Below are positions 56,557-64,000 of a stretch of DNA of 64,000 nt, one piece after another. Where the stretch lies: contig OZ037768.1 of NCBI GenBank assembly GCA_964035545.1, positions 8,650,741 to 8,714,740 of the forward strand, read 5' to 3'. The number at the start of each line of letters is the position of its first letter. The first letter of the stretch is position 1. The notes under the pieces are model-generated. The model saw only the letters and a program-made list of their open reading frames with translations. It did not search any database and had not been told where the DNA came from. The translations under genes were made by a program, and so were the position numbers. This DNA comes from Bugula neritina. Its lineage: Eukaryota > Animalia > Bryozoa.

Positions 56557-58110
56557 TGAGAAATGGGAAATCACCAGGGCCGGATGGTATCCGAAAGCCG
56601 GACCTCATGATCGACATCCCAGCAACTGCTGATTGCCTCAAAAAGATTTTCTGTGCATCCCTAAAGGTAGGAAAGCTCCCATATTAGTGGAAAATTGCTC
56701 ACATTACCCCAATTCACAAGGGAGGAGAAACGAATCTTGTAACTATCGCCCCATTTCTCTCACATCTATACCATGCAAGATGATGGAACATATTGTTTTT
56801 CACTACTTAAATGAAAAGCTGGACAAAATTCTTCACAACCGGCAACATGGTTTTCGCAAAGGTATGTCCTGTGAAACACAGCTCTGTGCCACCTACCACA
56901 ACATTGTCAAATCAGTGGAATCTTCATATACAACGCATGCTATCATCTTAGATTTTAAAAAAGCTTTTGATAAAGTCCCTCACTCCCTGTTGCTACAAAA
57001 GCTAAGGCAGATTCCTGACCTATCCCTCTCTTAGCAAATTGGATACAAGATTTCATAACACAGAGGATGCAAAGTGTTGTGATTAAAGGAAATATCTCCA
57101 CTCCCTGCATGGTCACATCTGGTGTTCCTCAAGGATCTGTTCTCGAACCGACTCTTTTCCTATTATATATAAATGACCTACCAAAAGCACTTACCTGCAA
57201 TGTAAGCCTCTACGCTGATGATACTCTCATATACCAGAAAGTGAACTCTAAGGAGGAGTCTATGGAGTTTCAAAAAAATATAGATGCAGTTTATCAATAG
57301 TCTCAAAAATGGAGAATGCCCTTCAATATCACCAAATGCCATGCGATGAGTTTTAATACTACAGATACACTTCCAACATATAAGCTTGGACAGGCAAGTA
57401 TCCCATGGGTGGACAGCACTAAGTACCTAGGGGTCACTCTGCAGCAAGATCTTAATTTTGATCAACATATTTCTCAAAAGATAGATAAGGCAACAAAAAT
57501 TTTTGGAGCTATTAAGTATACGCTAAACTGTGCCCCAATACCAAACAAGCTGCTAGCTTACACTAGCTTATGTAGGCCAATACTAGAATATGCTGACACT
57601 TTATGGGACCCTGCAAAAAAGCAGACAGCAGAACAAATTGAAAACGTGCAACGGAAAGCTGTACGTTTCATCAGCAACCTAAGAGGGAGAGAGAGTGTGA
57701 GCGACGCAAGACAGCGGCTTGGTCTCATACTGCTAGCTGACAGGAGAAAGAACCACAGAATCACCTTACTGTTACGCATTCTACGAGATGAACAACGCCA
57801 CCATGTACTCTCATGACTAGCTATGATGAAATTCTCAAGTCCCGAGCAGATGCTAATATGACAACCCGTGCTGCCAGCAGAGGAGAACTAACATCAATCT
57901 GGGCTAAATCCAAACTCTACTATGACAGTTTCCTCCCACAAACCATACGTGACTTGAGGGTAACTAAGAACTAACAACCAAAATCAGCGAAATGCTGTAA
58001 AATCAAGTCACTCTGAAACACACTGTTTTGTTATAAAGAGGCATTCTTTTTTTTGCACAATTTGTGATCCAGAATGTACTATGGACGTCGAGTAAGTATC
58101 GAGTAAGTAA
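56557..58110 (+). mobile_element. 5'-truncated non-LTR retrotransposon (CR1/L2/Jockey-group LINE), reverse transcriptase pseudogene
   Basis: GKSPGPDGI, NYRPISLTSIPCKMMEHI, QHGFRKG.SC, LDFKKAFDKVPH, GVPQGSVL, YADD, KYLGV, RPILEYA; broken by stops and frameshifts; ends in a duplicated TCGAGTAAGTA tail; AAT-rich flanks. Confidence 0.93.
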
Positions 58111-60190
58111 TACTAATAATAATATCATTATTATATTATTAATTATCATAATAATTTATTTTACTTTTAGTAAATCACTAAATCAAAATGTACTGGTACT
58201 ACTACTTCACAATCACTTGTACTTGTAGAGTGTAAGTGTAGTACTAGTAGTAGTAGTTTTAGACTTTTACTTTTACTTCAACTTCAAGTCTTACAACTAC
58301 AACTTACAAGTTTTACAGCTAGAACTAGTACTACAATTAGTTTTACAGTTAGTGTTGTGCGTTATAATTATCATTATGCTAGTAAGAATGTGTCCTGGAC
58401 TCCTTTCGCAGGCTATGATTGTGACAGCATCATCATTGATCATGATAGTATTAGTATTACTATTAGTACTGGCTCCTATCATTTGGGAAAGCATGAACAA
58501 CTTTCAAGCAATACCGGAAACAATTTCGTCAACAGTCGTATCTCCAATGCTACATAAAAATAGTTTCAAAAAATCAGATGTCTAGAACGGTAGTATTTTT
58601 AAAAATATATAATTGCAACAAAATAATTAGTGTTGAAATAAATAAATGTAAAAATGCGTTATGAAAAAAGTCATTCGCTTAAAATATTATAGACAACACA
58701 GTACAGAGGTTCAAGAGTTGTCCTTTACGCAATTATTGCAATTATTGGAACAACAGACTCATTTTACTGGAAAAGACAGATAAAGATATTATTTATAGTT
58801 TTGTGAACATACTATTCTATACACTTACTTAATAGCAACAATGATCGCGATGGCAATATGCAATGTAAAACTTCTCCAGGAGTGTGTTTCAACTCTAATA
58901 TCGAACTGGTACAACTGTACTATATAGAATTGTGCAAGTTCAAGTGCAAAATAGTTGTGCAGCTTTTGTTATGTGCACATTATTTTATTTTAAATCTTAA
59001 ATTCATGAGTCTTGAGTTAATTTTTCAAAATTTCTGAGTTAAGGGCTTAAAAATGCAATTAAACATTTCGAATCAACAAAATTGTTGGGAGACATTTTCT
59101 AATTCAAGTAGTAGGTCTTTGGTCTATATAATGCAGTTACAGACTATGAGTTATTTGCTATACAGAGCATGGGTGGGTTAAGACAGAAAAGCATTCTATA
59201 TAGGTTAGTATATTGTTATGACGTAAAAACATACACTGTGGAAAAATTTACACAGTATAATAAGTGTTAAACTGGGTAAAAATTTGTATTTGTTTAAAAA
59301 TTTTACAAGCTGAAATCATTTGAATACTTTTCTCATTTTCATTACCCTGTGATTAGGAAACAAAGAGATATTCACATTTAAACAATTAACCGCAGAATGA
59401 ACATTAATTATTGACCAGCAATCCTTGCATAGTTACCTCCTTGATTATGAAGAATTATATACAGGCATTTTTGGGATTTAGATAAAACTAGTTTTCATGA
59501 TGCAATATAATAGAGTGAAGGCTAAATAAATCATCAACAAATTACCAGCACAGCCTGTGCATTTAGTCGTTCAAACAAATTCGCGCTACTGTTTGCATAT
59601 TAATGTTACATTGTAAATGTCAGCTATACATATTACAATGATGAAATACATATATTATATTTGTCTTTTGCATAGTTTGTAAAAATGCAGAGTTTCATTT
59701 ACTTTTGTTTAAATTATTTTTGCATTCTTGGCAGCTGTTGTGCTTTTGGCGAGCTGCCATATTAATTGTTATAAAGTATGATGCTTGGTAATCAAGACAC
59801 TACCAGTAGAAGTGACTTTATTATGTCAATTTAGCAATTCTAGTGCTTTAACCTGCGGCTAGAAAAACTTCGCAATGTAATCAATGCTGCTATATCAAAT
59901 GTTTTAAGAATTATATCACAACATTATTTTAGTTAGCAAGTTTTTCAATATAACAATACATAGTTAACTTAAATAAAACATTTTATTTATACAGAATAAC
60001 CGAGGTTCTACGCAAAACATCAGGAGACTCTGAATATACACACACATATATATTCAAGTTGCTAAGCTGTAGTTCTAATTATCCAAGTGGCATATACATA
60101 AATTGTGTGGTAGTAAAAGTGTATATATACATTACATGGGTACATATGTGTAATTACAGTAATAAACAAATGTGACATAATCATACGGGC

Positions 60191-60576
60191 TGACATTCCA
60201 GTATAGAGAATACGGACCACTTTTTGTTGTGAAACAATATTTAACAGCCTTGAGCCATTTTTTATTCAATTTAACATTGAAGCAACAGATTCTGTTTTGT
60301 TTATAGGATATAGCTTTAGTGTCACTGCCACTGTTACTCATAATTTTCCTTCTGATACTACGAAGTATATTATAATATAATATAGATTGGAAAGTTGTCT
60401 TCTTGTTACTAATCGGGGAGACAACTCCATCATCCTCCTCTTCAATATCTTCCAATGTTGTCGGATGGTCTATCACTTTCTCAAACACACATACTCCATC
60501 ATCTAACCCGTCTTTACCAATTGCACTCTTCACTTTTTTAATAAAAACTTTCATTTCTATGAATTCATCTGGATTT
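60191..60576 (-). CDS. Probable exon of an unidentified gene
   Basis: Open frame of about 130 codons in AT-rich DNA with an acceptor (ttttag at 60577) and a plausible donor after ..PYSLYWN; acidic patch LEDIEEEDD; no recognisable family. Confidence 0.4.
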
Positions 60577-61053
60577 CTAAAAATGTGTTTTTAGATTGCT
60601 ACGTTTGCCCAGTATATACACAGAATAAAATTCATATTTACAACCCATGATAAGTGCATCACAAAGCTATATGTTATAATAAAGTATACATTGGAATTGC
60701 ATTCCCTGCTGCATATATTTGCTGTAATGTGTAATGCATTGTGTCATCCATTATGTATAGCACTAGGTATAAACCAGTAACTTTTTAAATATTCAAATAT
60801 CGATATGCTTAATGGAGTAAAAAGTGTCAGTCTATGATGAGTTCTACATGCTATACCTTTTATAATAAATATACCATGAAAGCTAATCTAATAGTTACAT
60901 AATGATTGTAGGTGATAACATATTATTATTAATATTATTATTAAGCTAAAATTTGTCTGCCTCAAGTCTTAAAAAAATAAATTTACAAAGAAACTTACTC
61001 AGTAAGAGTGTAAGTTGGAAAGACATTCTCATTCACACTAGTAGTCAGAGATG

Positions 61054-61435
61054 TGTTATTAAATAGTGAATACATTTTGTGGATATTGTGATAAACTTGT
61101 GGGTTGAATGTAACTTAGTGCAGAACAAGATAGGTTGAAGTAGTAGAGTTCCAAATGTTTATTATAGTATAAAAATAATGTCAACTTGTCTAGGCGAGCT
61201 CCAGTAGTAGACTGGCTTAACACCGTAACTCGCCTGCTTTTATATACAGCGAACAAAAGAACATAAAACAAAGAATCTTTTGTGTGTGTGGCCCGAAGTT
61301 CGGTAGCTCCGAAATTCGGCAGGCCCGAAGATCGGGGGAACCGATCTTCGGTCAAGCCGAAACTCGGAACTCCGAATTTCGGACCCCAATTAACATTATT
61401 GAACAAAAGAACAAACCAAGGCATAATCTATCACA
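61054..61435 (-). repeat. 3' LTR (about 382 bp)
   Basis: Starts TGTGATA after the polypurine tract, ends ..AATAACA; contains TATATAAAAG (about 61247-61238) and AATAAA (61163-61158) on the minus strand. The far boundary is inferred because the 5' LTR is outside the window. Confidence 0.75.
61293..61382. promoter_or_regulatory. Array of six CCGA-N3-TCGG palindromes in LTR U3
   Basis: Copies start at 61293, 61309, 61325, 61341, 61357 and 61372 (spacing 16,16,16,16,15). Arms are invariant; centres and spacers vary. The array is observed; its regulatory role is inferred. Confidence 0.8.
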
Positions 61436-61644
61436 CACACCCCCTATCGGAAAGCATGCTTTCCGATACGAGGGCGAATAATAACATAATAACAATGAGA
61501 CAGACAATAAACAAAACAAAAAAAAGAAACAGAAGAGAGAGAACAAAGAAACAAAACAAAACAAAACACCAAGTACATAGTATAAGGGACAACGAATATG
61601 TATAACAGAGAATTGTCATGCCACCAGTCAGGGAGAGGCGGGTC

Positions 61645-63996
61645 TCACTCCCTCCATGTCCCATCGTCGTTGTCGGTCTGACGTCGTTCCAGCCGGATCA
61701 GTCGTCGTCGCAATTGTGTCAGATCTTCCTCACACCGTGCCACGCGGCGCCGTAAGTGGCGCACCTCCTCTTCTAGTTGCGGTCGGGAGCGGAGTGTGTT
61801 GCGCTCCGGGTGTTGTCTGTGCTCTGGGTGGTGTCTGCTTGCCGCCGAGGAGCGGGGGTCCAGGTCCGATGTACCGGGTCTGGCACCATCCCCGACCCTT
61901 GTCAGCATGACCCGAAGAGGCTGGGTGGCTGCTGGTTGGAGGGCGGCGGCGGGTTCTCCGTCTTCTTCTTGAATTGCTCTGCACGCCGGAAACCCTTGGC
62001 CGAGGGTGGCACGCTTGTGGGGGTCCGCGACGTGCGGCAGGATGAGGTCCCGGAACTCCGGAAATGTGGCCTGATCCACGGTGAACACGTGACCTGGGTG
62101 GCAGCGCGAGATGCGCTGGTGGCGCAGCACATAATCCCGCTGGTAGGAGTATTCGCCGCAAGGGCAGAATACGTTGATGAAATGTTGTGGGGCGTGAACA
62201 CGCAACCGCCGGGAGGAGGAGAATTTCCTCCGACATTGCCGGCAGATGCGGTTGCCCGCTGCCCCGCATGCTTCACTAATCTTCTGATTAGTGTCGCGAG
62301 AGACCCAGGACTGGCGGGCGACCAGTGCCTGGGGTAGAGCCAAGGTGGGGGTGTCACCGTCTTCAGCTCGAGTAGAGGAGGGCACACCGCATAGTATTCC
62401 CTGTTCCTCCCCGGCGGCTAATTGTAGCTCAACTGGGTTGGCGACAGGGTCACTATTCATGGTGGATAGCACCTCAGTCCGGTCTGTGGCGACCCGCGGG
62501 CTGCAAGGAGCCGTCACGGGGGCTGGTGGAGGGGGGGAGTCGACTCGACTGACCTCCACCTCATCACACTCCATTGCAGTGTCTACAATAGACAGCAGAG
62601 GCCGAGTAAGGCCGGTCTCGCCGTCGCCGAAATTCGGCATCGCCTTATAGGGTACTTTGTGGGTGGTAGGGAGCCGAGGTGAGTCATGGAGAGTGACTGA
62701 CCCTATGTCCTGGTCTAATAAAAACTCATTTAGAGAGTCTTCTCCAAAACTCACATCGACTTCCTCCGTTAATAAATTAGATTCTAACAAATCTAAACTA
62801 GCCCAATTAATTACAGTTGAGTCAGACTCCGGTACGGGAGGCTCTGACTCTAATGAAATACCTGTGTTTGTAGTGTTGTTACCGGGAAGAGTAATACCCA
62901 TATCCAATTCGTGATTAATTCGATTACAAGTTTCAGCTTTAAAATTGCGTGTTACTAGTGGGTTAGTAGTAGTGCAAATGGCCGAGCCTCGTGTTTCAAT
63001 ATTTTTACCTGCTACGCGATCGTGGGGAATTCCCATCGAGTTTTGAAGGGACAACTCAGACAATCGCGTGCCCTCCGAATTTCGGTTTGCAACTGTTCCT
63101 TTTTGTAGTGATTCTCCAGGAGGTTGGAAGAATTTACTAACTAAGGAGGAGTAATGGCCCTGGACAGATGGATTCCCACTTGGGGGGGGCAACCCTAGGT
63201 GTCCTATGTGATAGTCTGCCAGATATCTGGGTGGTTTCCTCGCTCGCTGGCTCCTTTCCAGCGGTGTGGGTGCTGGTGGTGCCAGTTGCTCCTCAGTTGC
63301 CACCGTAGGGGGGTCCCCGCCTTCACCCGTAATACGGGTGGGGGTGTCCTCCCCCCAGAGGGGTGGTGGCTCTGGGGCGTGTTGCTGCTGCTGCTCCTGC
63401 CTCTGTTGTTGTTCCAACTGTTCTCGTAGGGCAGCCTGCTCCTGCTCTGCCTCCCTTCGGATGACAATTTCCACCTCCCGGGGCCGGGTGGCTCTCCCCC
63501 GCTGGTTAGGCTGGCGGTTGGGCTCCAGGAGGGGTGGAGCCTGACCCACCGCGTCTGGGCTGGCATGGTATGGTTTCAGGCGCTGTTCGCTCTGGACTGA
63601 GACCTGTCCAGAGCGCTCCACACGGTATGTGTGGTTGGCCAGCACCTCCACCACGCAGTAGGGACCCACGAACTTGGGCTGAAGTTTAGCCGACTGTCCG
63701 CGTCGCCTACGATAGCTCACCATCCAGACCCAGTCTCCCACCTGATACAATGGGGGCTCTTCTGAGTCCTCTGTGCGGATCTGCCACTGCTGGGCCCGCA
63801 GTGCATCATGGGCTTTACCCATGATCTCTGTCAGTCTTTCGACGTACTCATGTACCGGCGATTCGGGGGCGGGAACGTGGTATGTCAGGTGTTCCGGAAC
63901 CCGCGTTTCCCGGCCTAGCATCAGGAAGTTTGGGGTCTCCTGTGTGGTGGAGTGTGGTGTGCTGCGGTAAGCCCGCATGATTTGTGGCAGCACCAC
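61645..63996 (-). CDS. Gypsy pol C-terminus: integrase plus long extension with C2H2-type fingers and leucine zipper (5'-partial)
   Basis: LPQIMRAYRSTPHSTTQETPNFLMLGRE; GPY/F module YQVGDWVW..KLQPKFVGPY; terminal motif RSQRARKPPRYLADY; then about 520 further uninterrupted codons. Confidence 0.9.
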   Translation of the reverse strand: MVLPQIMRAYRSTPHSTTQETPNFLMLGRETRVPEHLTYHVPAPESPVHEYVERLTEIMGKAHDALRAQQWQIRTEDSEEPPLYQVGDWVWMVSYRRRRGQSAKLQPKFVGPYCVVEVLANHTYRVERSGQVSVQSEQRLKPYHASPDAVGQAPPLLEPNRQPNQRGRATRPREVEIVIRREAEQEQAALREQLEQQQRQEQQQQHAPEPPPLWGEDTPTRITGEGGDPPTVATEEQLAPPAPTPLERSQRARKPPRYLADYHIGHLGLPPPSGNPSVQGHYSSLVSKFFQPPGESLQKGTVANRNSEGTRLSELSLQNSMGIPHDRVAGKNIETRGSAICTTTNPLVTRNFKAETCNRINHELDMGITLPGNNTTNTGISLESEPPVPESDSTVINWASLDLLESNLLTEEVDVSFGEDSLNEFLLDQDIGSVTLHDSPRLPTTHKVPYKAMPNFGDGETGLTRPLLSIVDTAMECDEVEVSRVDSPPPPAPVTAPCSPRVATDRTEVLSTMNSDPVANPVELQLAAGEEQGILCGVPSSTRAEDGDTPTLALPQALVARQSWVSRDTNQKISEACGAAGNRICRQCRRKFSSSRRLRVHAPQHFINVFCPCGEYSYQRDYVLRHQRISRCHPGHVFTVDQATFPEFRDLILPHVADPHKRATLGQGFPACRAIQEEDGEPAAALQPAATQPLRVMLTRVGDGARPGTSDLDPRSSAASRHHPEHRQHPERNTLRSRPQLEEEVRHLRRRVARCEEDLTQLRRRLIRLERRQTDNDDGTWRE

Positions 63997-64000
63997 GTCC

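Larger units (their letters stand above)
61054..64000 (-). mobile_element. 3' part of a Ty3/Gypsy LTR retrotransposon (continues beyond the window)
   Basis: Integrase C-terminal half, abrupt rise in GC content, polypurine-tract-like AGGGGG at about 61446-61440 (minus), followed by an LTR. Confidence 0.93.

Noticed and set aside
61293-61382. CRISPR-like array of palindromic repeats with variable spacers
   Set aside because: Repeats are 11 bp and spacers 4-5 bp, inside a eukaryotic LTR with no cas genes.
61656-63970. Multiple overlapping ORFs on both strands within the Gypsy element
   Set aside because: Expected shadow frames in GC-rich coding DNA; no motifs recognised.

Overview
AT-rich, gene-dense window from an invertebrate animal genome (compact GT-AG introns; species not determinable). 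It holds five recognisable multi-exon host genes: SFMBT-type Polycomb protein (+), ninein-like (-), LRRC6/DNAAF11 (+), EAF1/2 (+) and REXO4 (-). A class A GPCR with a roughly 690-aa C-tail is nested antisense in the last EAF intron, next to a decayed Tc1 transposon. Also present: a 5'-truncated LINE, MITEs, minisatellites and the 3' end of a Ty3/Gypsy LTR retrotransposon. The Gypsy element is the most striking feature. Its integrase frame continues about 520 aa past the usual end into a module with an acidic patch, two C2H2-type fingers and a leucine zipper. Its LTR carries six phased CCGA-N3-TCGG palindromes just upstream of the TATA box, with two more copies inside the ORF. I infer, but cannot show, a self-encoded transcription factor/operator circuit. 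Exon coordinates were read by hand and may be off by a few bases.
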